Positions 9,192 through 18,315 are shown, numbered from the stretch's first letter. The stretch: 32,000 bases of DNA from Coprobacillaceae bacterium (GCA_963675915.1 OY780959.1:90001-122000), one strand, 5' to 3'. The notes: generated by a model not told the origin, from the letters alone. Program-made: numbers and translations.

Positions 9192-9848
9192 ATGAAAAAA
9201 AAGAAGCTATTCATAGCTGGGACCTTCGCCATTGTTGCAATCATCTTAGTCGGGTATCTTATTCTTGACCATTTTTGCATCATCGCCCCCCAAGCATACA
9301 GCAACGACCATTTCAATATTGCGACTTATAGCAGTGACAATGATCAGGACAATGATGGAATAGATGATCAAAGCGATATTCTCGCCAGTGTCAATGCCTA
9401 TATTGCAACCAAGCCTGACTATAAAAGCAAATACTACAACACCGGATATCCCGATGATAATTTCGGGGTATGCACTGATGTGGTGGCCCAGGGCCTTTTG
9501 GGAGCCGGATATGATCTGATGGAACTGGTCAATCAGGATATTATTGCCCACAAAGATGATTATGACATTGATACAATTGACAAGAACATCGACTTTCGCC
9601 GAGTCCGCAATCTGGCAGTATACTTTTCCCATAACGCAATCAGCCTTACCTGCGATCCAGCCAAGATCGATCAATGGCAGGCTGGGGATATCGTCATCTT
9701 TGAAAATCATATCGCCGTCATATCGCCCAAAAGAACTGCGGATGGAATCCCTTTTATCATCCATCATGCCGGTTCATTTCAAATCAGATATGAAGAAGCT
9801 AAACTGACCCGCTATGGAGATATTGTCGGGCACTATCGCATCAGTTAA
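9192..9848 (+). CDS. DUF1287-family membrane-anchored protein (papain/NlpC-P60-like fold)
   Basis: The ATG at 9192 follows a GAGGA SD. It has an N-terminal TM anchor (KKLFIAGTFAIVAIILVGYLIL). The conserved GYPDDNFGVCTDVVAQGL (candidate Cys) and FENHIAVIS (candidate His) motifs recall DUF1287. Confidence 0.65.
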   Translation: MKKKKLFIAGTFAIVAIILVGYLILDHFCIIAPQAYSNDHFNIATYSSDNDQDNDGIDDQSDILASVNAYIATKPDYKSKYYNTGYPDDNFGVCTDVVAQGLLGAGYDLMELVNQDIIAHKDDYDIDTIDKNIDFRRVRNLAVYFSHNAISLTCDPAKIDQWQAGDIVIFENHIAVISPKRTADGIPFIIHHAGSFQIRYEEAKLTRYGDIVGHYRIS

Positions 9849-9891
9849 AAGAACTATCGTAACTGGCTGCGATTCGAGATGAGGTGAATAT

Positions 9892-10629
9892 ATGGAGGTT
9901 TTTTTGCTTGCTGGTCTGCTTGGTCTGTTCCTGTTTATGTACCCGGTTTTAGCGGCTAAAATAGTTAATATCGGCAATGTAACCGGGATTGTTCTGTCAC
10001 TGCTGCTGGTTGGATATGCTTTTAATGCGGACTGGATCAACAGTTGGCTGAGCGGTTCTGCAATGGGAGTCCTGATTTTGACAATCATGACGGTGCTGAT
10101 AGCTGTAGCGCTGGTAATTACTGGTGCCATGATTGGAACTTGGCGGTTAAAGCCCAACCCTGAAGCGACCGTGATTGTTCTTGGCTGCAAGGTCGATGGA
10201 GACCGACCGAGCGCAATTTTGACCAGCCGACTCAATGCGGCTCTTAGCTATCTCGAGCGTCATCCCGAGGCAAATTGCATCTTGTCTGGAGGCAAGGGTG
10301 CCGATGAAAAGATTGCTGAGGCCGATTGCATGTATGATTATCTGCTCAAATCCAAAATTGCAAGCTCGCGGTTATATCGGGAAGACCGGTCAACTTCAAC
10401 CCGGGAGAACCTCCAATTTTCTCAGGAAATAATCAGCCGTCATCACCTGAACCGGGAAATTGCCATCGTTACCAGTGAATTTCACCAATACCGGGCCGGG
10501 TTGATTGCTAGAAAACTGGGGTTCAATGTGACAGCAGTTGTTGCCAGAACTCCCATGATGTATTTTGGGACTTTTTATGTCCGGGAACTATATGGAATTT
10601 TATTGGAATGGATAACTAGGAAGAGGTAA
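9892..10629 (+). CDS. DUF218 (YdcF/SanA/ElyC family) membrane protein
   Basis: 245 aa with N-terminal TM helices followed by VIVLGCKVDGDRPSAILTSRLNAALSYL...ILSGGKG...EADCMYDYL...EDRSTSTRENLQFS, the DUF218 signature. Confidence 0.8.
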   Translation: MEVFLLAGLLGLFLFMYPVLAAKIVNIGNVTGIVLSLLLVGYAFNADWINSWLSGSAMGVLILTIMTVLIAVALVITGAMIGTWRLKPNPEATVIVLGCKVDGDRPSAILTSRLNAALSYLERHPEANCILSGGKGADEKIAEADCMYDYLLKSKIASSRLYREDRSTSTRENLQFSQEIISRHHLNREIAIVTSEFHQYRAGLIARKLGFNVTAVVARTPMMYFGTFYVRELYGILLEWITRKR

Positions 10630-10630
10630 T

Positions 10631-11650
10631 ATGAAAATAATTTTAGGATCGGCATCGCCCCGCCGCAAAGAATTGTTGGGAATGCTGGGATATGAATTCG
10701 AAATTCAAGTCCGTGAGACCGACGAAACAATCATCGATGGAAGCTGTGAGGAAATCGTTGAAGCGATTGCCAGAGCCAAAGCGGAGGCCTTAAGTGATCT
10801 GGCAAGCCCCAATCGCCTGATTGTCTGTGGGGATACCGTGGTGGTTGTTGATGGCCAAATCCTGGGTAAGCCCAAGGATGCCAAGGATGCCAAAAAAATG
10901 CTCAAGCGGCTTTCAGGAAAAGTTCATCATGTCTACAGTGGCATCGCCTTGATGTACCAGGACCAGATAATGACTTTCGCAAACAAGACCGAAGTTGAGT
11001 TTTGCAAACTCACAACAATGGAGATCCAGGATTACATCGAGTCGAAAGAACCTTTTGGAAAAGCGGGTGCCTATGCCATCCAGGGACTCGGCGCAAAGTT
11101 TGTCAAACGGATTGCCGGGGATTACTACAATGTGGTTGGCCTGCCGGTATCAAGCCTCTACCAACATCTCAAGAAATTTGAGAAAGGTTACTATACTTAT
11201 ATGATTAGATGCAGTGACAATAGTCTTTACACCGGATGGACCAATGACATCGAAAAAAGAATACATGACCATAAAAATGGGCAGGGGGCCAAATACACCA
11301 AGGCCAAACAGGCTGAGGAACTTGTCTATCTAAGCAGGGCGATTGACAAGAAAACGGCAATGAGAATGGAGTATCAAATCAAGCAACTGACCAGAAAGCA
11401 AAAGGAAACTTTGATTTGGGAAAAACAACTGGAAGTTGTCGCGTCGATGATCGGCCCGGAACAAAAACAGCTACTTGGCGAAATCCCCCTGACTGGTATC
11501 CTAGCAGAAAAGCTGAATCGATTTGAACAACTGATTGATGATCTTCTTGTCAAAGAAGTGCTGAGTGAATCAAAAGGAGTGCTTAGCCTAAATTATCAAC
11601 CCAATCTCATCAACAGTTTCCTGACCGAGAAATTTGCCCGGTCGGATTAA
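10631..11650 (+). CDS. maf: Maf-like nucleoside-triphosphate pyrophosphatase fused to a GIY-YIG (UPF0213-like) domain and an unknown C-terminal tail
   Basis: Residues 1-185 are Maf (ILGSASPRRKELL, GKPKD, KAGAYAIQG, VVGLP). Residues from about 187 to 270 read YYTYMIRCSDNSLYTGWTNDIEKRIHDHKNGQGAKYTK...MEYQIKQLTRKQK, the GIY-YIG core. The last roughly 70 aa are unassigned. It is a single uninterrupted frame. Confidence 0.8.
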   Translation: MKIILGSASPRRKELLGMLGYEFEIQVRETDETIIDGSCEEIVEAIARAKAEALSDLASPNRLIVCGDTVVVVDGQILGKPKDAKDAKKMLKRLSGKVHHVYSGIALMYQDQIMTFANKTEVEFCKLTTMEIQDYIESKEPFGKAGAYAIQGLGAKFVKRIAGDYYNVVGLPVSSLYQHLKKFEKGYYTYMIRCSDNSLYTGWTNDIEKRIHDHKNGQGAKYTKAKQAEELVYLSRAIDKKTAMRMEYQIKQLTRKQKETLIWEKQLEVVASMIGPEQKQLLGEIPLTGILAEKLNRFEQLIDDLLVKEVLSESKGVLSLNYQPNLINSFLTEKFARSD

Positions 11651-11665
11651 TGTCCAAAACAGGAG

Positions 11666-11713
11666 CAGGTTTTACTCATGAGCCAATTCAGGCCCGGTAA
11701 AACCTGTTTTTTT
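11666..11713 (+). terminator. Rho-independent terminator after maf fusion gene
   Basis: CAGGTTTTAC (11666-11675) pairs with GTAAAACCTG (11697-11706) and is followed by T7. Confidence 0.7.
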
Positions 11714-11776
11714 ATTGTTTGCACCGTTCAAAAGGTATATAATAGGAGATAATGAAAACGATTGAAGGAGATAGAA

Positions 11777-12934
11777 ATGAACGACGTTGACCAGAGGTTT
11801 AATGAGATATTTGAGGTAATGCGGGAGGATAATGTGGAGTTTGATCTCCATTTTCTGACGCATTCCATTGATATGTTTTTAGAGGAGTCTGAAGACGACA
11901 AAGTCCGATACAGCGAACTACTGGTACTGACAGCTCACAAGTACTTGGAAATATACGACAGTGATATCGAACTTTTCGAAGAATTGTATCCTGAAGGACT
12001 CGATACTCTTGAAAAACTTGATGATTTGATTGAAGACTCTTTATCATCTTTCAAATCAATCAGAATGAGTATTTACCGCAATGTGATCACCGCAAGTAAA
12101 TTTGATCTTTTTTTGAAATATGACGAATATATTTCTTCGTGCCTGAATTCGATTTTAGAATTTGACTTCGATTTGGAAATCATGCAGGTTTTCAAGAAAC
12201 ACCTTGAAAATATGATAACCGACAAGAATGATTACAATGATCGGGTTATCGACGTAATTGAATATTGTATTAACGCGATTGATGAGGAAGGACGCAAGAT
12301 TCATCTTAGTGAGGACAAAGGGCAGCTGACCATCCATCAGATAATGTCTTATTGCGCCGGTAAAATAGCCAAGAAAAATTACAATGATGCCATTATCTGC
12401 ATTGATGGGTATCTCGAGGATCATCGTTTTAACAAGGCGGATGTCATCATGTTGCTCAAAGTGCAGTATGAATGTTTTGATTCCCTGGGAAGAGGACTCG
12501 ATGCCTTGGAAGTGGGGGCCCGGCTTTTTGTTTTACAGGAGATTGATTTTTATGAAAAAATCAATCATCTGGATTTTGACGAGGACGAAATCAACTTAAA
12601 TATCAAGGATGCTTTTTTGAATGAAGAGCGCTTCAGTGATGAAGAACTGATGGATCGGTACCTGATTTTTATCGAGTCGATTCATGACGAAGATGCGATG
12701 GTCGATTACCTGATGGACAACCCGTTGAAAATCAGCCGCTATATCCATAACATCTCCGAAGAACGGCTGCCTCAGATTGTGGCCATTCTAGAAAGGGCAA
12801 TCGAAGAGGCCTGCAGCACCGGTAAAAATAATATTGAAGCATATTTGGCGATGTATCGCGAATATTGTGGTAATATTAATACCGAGCAGTTACTTAATAC
12901 CCTGAAATTGAAGTACGGTTACGCGGAGATATAA
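11777..12934 (+). CDS. Hypothetical acidic cytoplasmic protein (385 aa), no recognisable family
   Basis: ORF 11762..12934, with the ATG at 11777 following an AAGGAGA SD. It has no TM segment or signal peptide, is D/E-rich and looks helical. It is monocistronic, lying between a terminator and the next promoter. Confidence 0.6.
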   Translation: MNDVDQRFNEIFEVMREDNVEFDLHFLTHSIDMFLEESEDDKVRYSELLVLTAHKYLEIYDSDIELFEELYPEGLDTLEKLDDLIEDSLSSFKSIRMSIYRNVITASKFDLFLKYDEYISSCLNSILEFDFDLEIMQVFKKHLENMITDKNDYNDRVIDVIEYCINAIDEEGRKIHLSEDKGQLTIHQIMSYCAGKIAKKNYNDAIICIDGYLEDHRFNKADVIMLLKVQYECFDSLGRGLDALEVGARLFVLQEIDFYEKINHLDFDEDEINLNIKDAFLNEERFSDEELMDRYLIFIESIHDEDAMVDYLMDNPLKISRYIHNISEERLPQIVAILERAIEEACSTGKNNIEAYLAMYREYCGNINTEQLLNTLKLKYGYAEI

Positions 12935-13005
12935 TTTAAAGAACATATGTCTTTAATTATTGCTTGGTTGTGATACAATAGGGTTATAAAACTAAGGAGG
13001 AAATT

Positions 13006-14703
13006 ATGAGTAATAAAGTTGTAATTGTCGGTGGAGTTGCCGGCGGGGCTTCAGTAGCAGCCCGGGTTCGTCGTTTGGATGAAAATGCCCAAATCGTGAT
13101 GTTTGAAAAAGGACCGGATGTATCATTTTCCAACTGTTCTTTACCATTCTTTTTAAGTCGGACAATCAAAGAAAGTAAACGATTGGTATTGATGCAGCCA
13201 TCACGTTTTAAAAACCAATATAATATCGATGCCCGTACCAACACAGAAGTAATCAAAGTTGATCCTGCCAAGAAAGTGGTTATTGCCAAAGATGTCAACA
13301 CCGGGGAAGAATATGAAGAGTCATATGACAAATTGTTCCTTTCGCCGGGAGCGTTCCCAATCATGCCTCAATCAATCAAGGGAATCACCAAGTCAAATGT
13401 CTTTAGCGTCCGTAATGTTGTCGACATTGTCAAAATTGATGATTATATCACAGCCAATGATGTCACTGATGTGACTGTTGTTGGGGGGGGATTCATCGGC
13501 TTGGAAGTTATGGAAAACCTGACTGAAGCCGGTAAAAATGTGACTCTGGTTGAAGCGGCTGATCAGATCATGATGCCGATGGATTATGATATGACTCAGA
13601 TTCTAAACAAAGAAATATCTGATCATGGGGTAAACCTGATTCTCGGGGATTCATTGACAGAAATTCACGATGATAAAGTGGTTCTTTGTTCCGGTAAGGA
13701 AGTAAAAACCCAAATGGTCGTTATGGCAATCGGGGTTCGTCCTGAAGTGAGCCTGGCAACTTCATTTGGGGTTGAACTGGGACAAACCGGAGGAATCAAG
13801 GTAAGTGCCAATTACCAGACCAATATTGAAGATGTTTATGCAGTTGGTGATGCAATCGAAGTGACTAATGCGATTACTCATAAAAAAACCCGGCTTACTT
13901 TGGCCGGACCGGCCCAAAGACAGGCTCGTGGGGCAGCTGACCATATGTATGGAAGAACTGTCGCTAACCGCGGGGTTATCGGGTCATCTTGTATCAAATT
14001 GTTTGATTTGAACGTAGCCAATACTGGTTTGAACGAAAAAGACTGTCAAAAAGAAGGATATGAATATGATTTTGTCTATGTCATTCCTGGCGACAAAGTC
14101 GGATTGATGCCCGATAGTGCCGTAATGCACTTCAAACTTATTTTTGAAGTTCCTACCGGAAAGATTTTGGGAGCTCAGGCAATCGGTAAAGGTAACGTCG
14201 ATAAAAGGATCGATGTCATTGCCACTATGATTACCATGGGTGGAACATTGGATCACCTTAAAGAACTGGAACTTTGCTATAGCCCGATGTATTCAACAGC
14301 GAAAGACGTAACTAATTTTGCGGCATTGGTTGGATTGAATATCCTGAATGAAGAATTCAAACAAGTTAAAGTTTCCGATGTTCGCGGTTTGGTTGAATCA
14401 AATGCGACTATCATCGATGTCCGTGAAGCCGGTGAATTCGCAAGTGGTCATTTGATCAATGCAGTCAATATTCCAATGAGCGAATTCAGACAACGTCTTG
14501 ATGAAATTCCAAGCGATAAGCCAGTTTACCTGCACTGTCGTTCTGCTCAACGTTCTTACAATGTAACCAGAGCGCTGGTCAACTTGGGATATACTAATGT
14601 TTATAACATATCGGGATCTTATCTGGGAATTTCATTATATGAATATTTCAATGATATTACTAAAAACAGAGAACCGATTGTAACCAAATACAATTTCAGA
14701 TAA
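13006..14703 (+). CDS. CoA-disulfide reductase / NADH-dependent persulfide reductase with C-terminal rhodanese domain
   Basis: 565 aa with the FAD motif VVIVGGVAGGAS, the redox Cys in SFSNCSLPF, a second Rossmann motif VVGGGFIG, and a C-terminal rhodanese domain with active-site HCRSAQRS. Confidence 0.85.
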   Translation: MSNKVVIVGGVAGGASVAARVRRLDENAQIVMFEKGPDVSFSNCSLPFFLSRTIKESKRLVLMQPSRFKNQYNIDARTNTEVIKVDPAKKVVIAKDVNTGEEYEESYDKLFLSPGAFPIMPQSIKGITKSNVFSVRNVVDIVKIDDYITANDVTDVTVVGGGFIGLEVMENLTEAGKNVTLVEAADQIMMPMDYDMTQILNKEISDHGVNLILGDSLTEIHDDKVVLCSGKEVKTQMVVMAIGVRPEVSLATSFGVELGQTGGIKVSANYQTNIEDVYAVGDAIEVTNAITHKKTRLTLAGPAQRQARGAADHMYGRTVANRGVIGSSCIKLFDLNVANTGLNEKDCQKEGYEYDFVYVIPGDKVGLMPDSAVMHFKLIFEVPTGKILGAQAIGKGNVDKRIDVIATMITMGGTLDHLKELELCYSPMYSTAKDVTNFAALVGLNILNEEFKQVKVSDVRGLVESNATIIDVREAGEFASGHLINAVNIPMSEFRQRLDEIPSDKPVYLHCRSAQRSYNVTRALVNLGYTNVYNISGSYLGISLYEYFNDITKNREPIVTKYNFR

Positions 14704-14825
14704 AAGGCGTTATGCCTTTTTTCTTTAGGCGCACAATTTCCATTTTTTCGAATATAGGTATATAATGAGCGTAGTAATTGAATAGGAAATTCGGTTTTGA
14801 TATTCTTGATTCGCGAGGTAACAAG

Positions 14826-15719
14826 ATGAATAAAGATGAAATAATAAATAAATTCGCCGGTTGTCAGATATTGTTCGATGACAATCTGGCAAAATACACC
14901 TATACCATGACAGGAGGGAGCGCTGAAGTTGTCCTGTTCCCAGAATCGCCTGACCAGCTTCAGGAAATGATTGCTTATGCCATTGACGAAAAGATTGAAT
15001 ATACTATTCTTGGCAATGCCAGTAACGTGATTATCAAAGACAGCGGACTGCGGGGTTTTGTCATCTTCACCTGCCATCTTAAAGAAGTGACGGTGAGCGA
15101 TAATGTGATAATAGCCCAGTGCGGGGCGCAACTCAAACAAGTCAGTAAGATAGCCCTGGCCAACAGTCTTACCGGACTGGAATTCGCCTGTGGGATCCCA
15201 GGATCGCTGGGCGGCGGGGTCTTCATGAATGCCGGTGCTTATGGCGGTGAGCTTAAAAGTGTTGTCACCAAAGTCAAAACAATCGATTGTAACGGAATAT
15301 TTCGGGAATATCAGGGCGCAGCGATGGAATTTGGCTACCGGAGCAGTGTTTTCCAAAAAAACGGAGAAACAATTTTTGAGTGTGAAATCACCCTGGCGAA
15401 AGGGGATTACAGTCAAATCGCCAACCGGATTGAACAACTTACCTATCTTCGCCAATCCAAACAGCCGCTGGAGTATCCTTCATGCGGTTCGGTCTTCCGC
15501 CGACCGGAAGGTTATTATACTGGCAAGCTGATCCAGGAAGCTAAATTGCAGGGATTCCAGATTGGTGGGGCCCGGGTTTCCCAAAAACATGCCGGATTCA
15601 TTGTCAATGTCGACAATGCCTCGGCTACTAATTATTTGGATTTGATCGAATATATTCAAAAGAAAATCAAACAGGAAAAGGGAGTCGACTTAATTACCGA
15701 AGTCAAAATTTTGGGTTAA
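14826..15719 (+). CDS. murB: UDP-N-acetylenolpyruvoylglucosamine reductase
   Basis: ORF 14778..15719, with the start at MNKDEII (14826) after a GAGGT SD. It carries MurB motifs: GNASNVI, GIPGSLGGGVFMNAGAYG, PSCGSVFRRP, VSQKHAGFIVN. Confidence 0.92.
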   Translation: MNKDEIINKFAGCQILFDDNLAKYTYTMTGGSAEVVLFPESPDQLQEMIAYAIDEKIEYTILGNASNVIIKDSGLRGFVIFTCHLKEVTVSDNVIIAQCGAQLKQVSKIALANSLTGLEFACGIPGSLGGGVFMNAGAYGGELKSVVTKVKTIDCNGIFREYQGAAMEFGYRSSVFQKNGETIFECEITLAKGDYSQIANRIEQLTYLRQSKQPLEYPSCGSVFRRPEGYYTGKLIQEAKLQGFQIGGARVSQKHAGFIVNVDNASATNYLDLIEYIQKKIKQEKGVDLITEVKILG

Positions 15720-15776
15720 GTCCCCTTTTTTTTAACCTCAATAATTGGTACAATGTCACTAAGGAGAAGATGCAAA

Positions 15777-16922
15777 ATGAAAAAACTAATGCTATTAGGT
15801 GCAACGGGTTCGATTGGAACCCAGACAATCGATGTGGTCACCGCTCATCCCGAACTGTTTGAGTTGGTGGGGCTGTCAGTTGGAAAAAATATCGATCTGC
15901 TTAAGGAAATATTAACCAAGGTAAGCGTGAAATATGTCTGTACCATGGAACGCCAGGATGAACTGGAAAAAGAATATCCCGATATTACTTTTTTGGTGGG
16001 AAATGGTGGAATAATTGAATTAGCCAAAATTAAAGGCTATGACTTGCTGGTGAATGCGCTGGTAGGATTTGTCGGACTGGCTCCAACACTCGAAGCAATG
16101 AAGCATGGCCATGATGTCGCTCTTGCCAACAAGGAAACCCTGGTTGTAGCCGGAAAATACATCAATCAGGCCAAGCATGAATACGGAGTCGAACTTTTCC
16201 CGATTGACAGTGAACATTCGGCGATTTTCCAGGCCCTTAGAGGCAACGAGATCAAGGAGGTCCGACGCCTGCTGATTACAGCTTCAGGAGGATCGTTCCG
16301 GGAATTGAGCCGCCAGGATTTGGAAAATGTCACTCTTGAAGATGCTTTACGACACCCGAACTGGGCCATGGGAGCAAAAATAACCATCGATTCGGCAACG
16401 ATGATGAACAAAGGGTTGGAGGTTATTGAAGCTCACTGGCTGTTTGATGTTGACTATGATGATATCGAAGTGGTGCTCCATAAGCAGTCCCTGGTGCATT
16501 CGATGGTCGAATACCAGGACTATTCAATCATGGCCCAATTGGGAAATGCGGACATGAGGATTCCAATCCAGTATGCCCTTTATTATCCAAGGAGAATTCC
16601 GGTTGAAAACAGCGAACCCCTTGATTTTACCAAAACAATCAATATGACGTTCGAGCCGATGGACATGGAGCGATTCCCCTTGTTGAAACTGGCATTTGAG
16701 GTTGGGAAAAAAGACGGTAATCTTCCGGCAATCATGAATGCCGCCAATGAACAGAGCAATCAGGCTTTCCGTGATGGCAAGATCAGTTTTCTTCAAATCG
16801 AGGAATTGGTTTTCAAAGCTGTCGAGGCGGCTTACTATATCGAAGATGCCTCGCTGGAGCAGTTAGTTGAAGCTGACAGTTGGGCTCGGGAATATGTCGA
16901 CAGTTTAATTGAAAAGATGTAA
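15777..16922 (+). CDS. dxr: 1-deoxy-D-xylulose 5-phosphate reductoisomerase
   Basis: The start at MKKLMLLGATGSIGTQT (15777) lies 7 nt after AAGGAGAAG. Dxr motifs are present: LANKETLV, PIDSEHSAIFQ, HPNWAMG, NKGLEVIEA. Confidence 0.93.
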   Translation: MKKLMLLGATGSIGTQTIDVVTAHPELFELVGLSVGKNIDLLKEILTKVSVKYVCTMERQDELEKEYPDITFLVGNGGIIELAKIKGYDLLVNALVGFVGLAPTLEAMKHGHDVALANKETLVVAGKYINQAKHEYGVELFPIDSEHSAIFQALRGNEIKEVRRLLITASGGSFRELSRQDLENVTLEDALRHPNWAMGAKITIDSATMMNKGLEVIEAHWLFDVDYDDIEVVLHKQSLVHSMVEYQDYSIMAQLGNADMRIPIQYALYYPRRIPVENSEPLDFTKTINMTFEPMDMERFPLLKLAFEVGKKDGNLPAIMNAANEQSNQAFRDGKISFLQIEELVFKAVEAAYYIEDASLEQLVEADSWAREYVDSLIEKM

Positions 16923-16927
16923 AAAAA

Positions 16928-16958
16928 GCACTTCATCGTGATGATGAAGTGCCGTTTT
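16928..16958. terminator. Bidirectional terminator between the convergent dxr and ECF S-component genes
   Basis: Perfect 10-bp stem GCACTTCATC-GTGAT-GATGAAGTGC, flanked by A7 on one side and T6 on the other. Confidence 0.85.
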
Positions 16959-17522
16959 TTATTTAAGACGAATATTTTTAAGTGCCGGATGCAAAAAGTA
17001 GTAAAGCATCGATGCTATGATAGTCGCCAATACGGCGTTGATGGCAACGGCAATTGATTCATAGGCTGCAAATATTGAAGCGAACTCTCCAGCTGCCCCG
17101 AGAATGAACCTGGTGGTCAGGTATGATGCAATCGGTGAGAAAATGAAGTTGAATAACATCCCGGCAGCGCAGGCGAGAACTACTTTTAGTCCTTGATTTT
17201 TGATTTTGAGTCGATTGAATGCTGTTCCGGCAATCAAAGCGATAAAGAATTTCAAAATGAAAGTGCTTGGTGCATAAGGAATCCAACCGTTGGTCAAATC
17301 GAACAGTCCCATTCCAATCGATGCGGCGATTCCACCATTGACACCACCAAGAACCAAAGCCCCCAGCAGGCAGAAGACATTACCAAAGTGAATCATTGTT
17401 TTGGCTGCTCCGACATTGATAGTGATGTTGAACATCGTTCCGATATAACAAAGAGCGATGAACAATCCGTTCAATACAATTATTTTTGTCTTATTTGAAT
17501 TTTTTAAGATACTGTTTTCCAT
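16959..17522 (-). CDS. ECF transporter S-component, substrate unknown
   Basis: 187 aa with about 6 TM segments. Motif IHFGNVFCLLGALVLGGVNGGIAASIGMGLFDLTNGW is typical of PF12822-type vitamin S-components. AGGAGGGG SD. No riboswitch-like leader is visible. Confidence 0.65.
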   Translation of the reverse strand: MENSILKNSNKTKIIVLNGLFIALCYIGTMFNITINVGAAKTMIHFGNVFCLLGALVLGGVNGGIAASIGMGLFDLTNGWIPYAPSTFILKFFIALIAGTAFNRLKIKNQGLKVVLACAAGMLFNFIFSPIASYLTTRFILGAAGEFASIFAAYESIAVAINAVLATIIASMLYYFLHPALKNIRLK

Positions 17523-17640
17523 AAAACCCCTCCTGATATAATGCTTATTATACTCGGATTTGTAATTGGTAAAATAGTCAGTTTTGTCTTTTTTTACCAG
17601 TACAGTTTGGTGATTGTAGCTTATTTATAATGCTCTTGAC

Positions 17641-18303
17641 TCAAGAAAGGACTCTGAAAGTGCTTTTGTGATATTCGATAATTCCCTCTTTTTTCAGTTT
17701 TGAAAGCTCCGCGGACATGGCGGAACGGTCAACGACAAGATAGTCAGCCAGACCCTGGCGATTGAAAGGTATCGTGAAAGTCTTGGCCTGATGACGTTTG
17801 GATTCACCGTTGAGATAATGGAGCAATTTCTCTCGGGTTGTCCTTTTTGAGAGAATTGCGATTTTTTCGGTCAAAAACATGTTCTTGATGGATAGGAGTC
17901 TGACCATCATAGTTACCAGATTGGAGTGGTCGATACAGTTTTTGGTGCAGGGGTGAATTATTTTTTCATAATCGATAAACAGGACCGTACTTTCCTGACT
18001 GGCGACAACTTCGATGGGGATTGGAAGGCCGCTGCCGGCATAACTTTCCCCGAAAATATTTCTAGACCCTAATGAGGTCAGGATATTGTTGTTTCCAAAC
18101 AGGTCGGTCTGTTGCAGTTGCAGAGTTCCGGTGATTACAATTCCAATTTTGTCAATTACAGTTCCCTGGCTAAATACCATTTGGTTTTTTTGATACTCTT
18201 TGATTTGGGCGTTTAAACACCCCAAGATGAGCATGAGTTCATGGGATTCATATCCAATGAAAAGTTCGGATTGATTGATGATTTTGAGATATTCTGGGTT
18301 CAT
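17641..18303 (-). CDS. Crp/Fnr family transcriptional regulator (HcpR-like by context)
   Basis: 220 aa with an N-terminal cNMP-binding-like beta-barrel and a C-terminal HTH (TIPFNRQGLADYLVVDRSAMSAELSKLKKEGII). It is divergent from the ferredoxin-hcp operon. Confidence 0.85.
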   Translation of the reverse strand: MNPEYLKIINQSELFIGYESHELMLILGCLNAQIKEYQKNQMVFSQGTVIDKIGIVITGTLQLQQTDLFGNNNILTSLGSRNIFGESYAGSGLPIPIEVVASQESTVLFIDYEKIIHPCTKNCIDHSNLVTMMVRLLSIKNMFLTEKIAILSKRTTREKLLHYLNGESKRHQAKTFTIPFNRQGLADYLVVDRSAMSAELSKLKKEGIIEYHKSTFRVLS

Positions 18304-18315
18304 AAACTTCCTTTC

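Noticed and set aside
9246-10235. Two minus-strand ORFs (173 aa and 153 aa) opposite the DUF1287 and DUF218 genes.
   Set aside because: They are shadow ORFs of well-supported plus-strand genes, with no SD and no motifs.
10872-10889. A tandem 9-bp duplication, CCAAGGATG x2, in maf (encoding KDAKDAK).
   Set aside because: It has only two copies, is in-frame, and lies in a surface-loop-like region. It is most likely a trivial slippage duplication.
14619-15455. A 278-aa ORF on the minus strand.
   Set aside because: It is antisense to murB and to the 3' end of the CoADR gene. It crosses a terminator and an intergenic region and has no recognisable motifs. It is a typical shadow ORF.
17635-17645. 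The palindrome CTTGA-C-TCAAG, which resembles the arms of the nadA operator. I considered it as a NiaR site upstream of the ECF S-component (that is, a NiaX-like niacin transporter).
   Set aside because: It lacks the central TGACA..TGTCA spacing, overlaps the stop codon of the Crp-family gene, and lies about 115 nt from the S-component start. Eleven base pairs is too weak to call.
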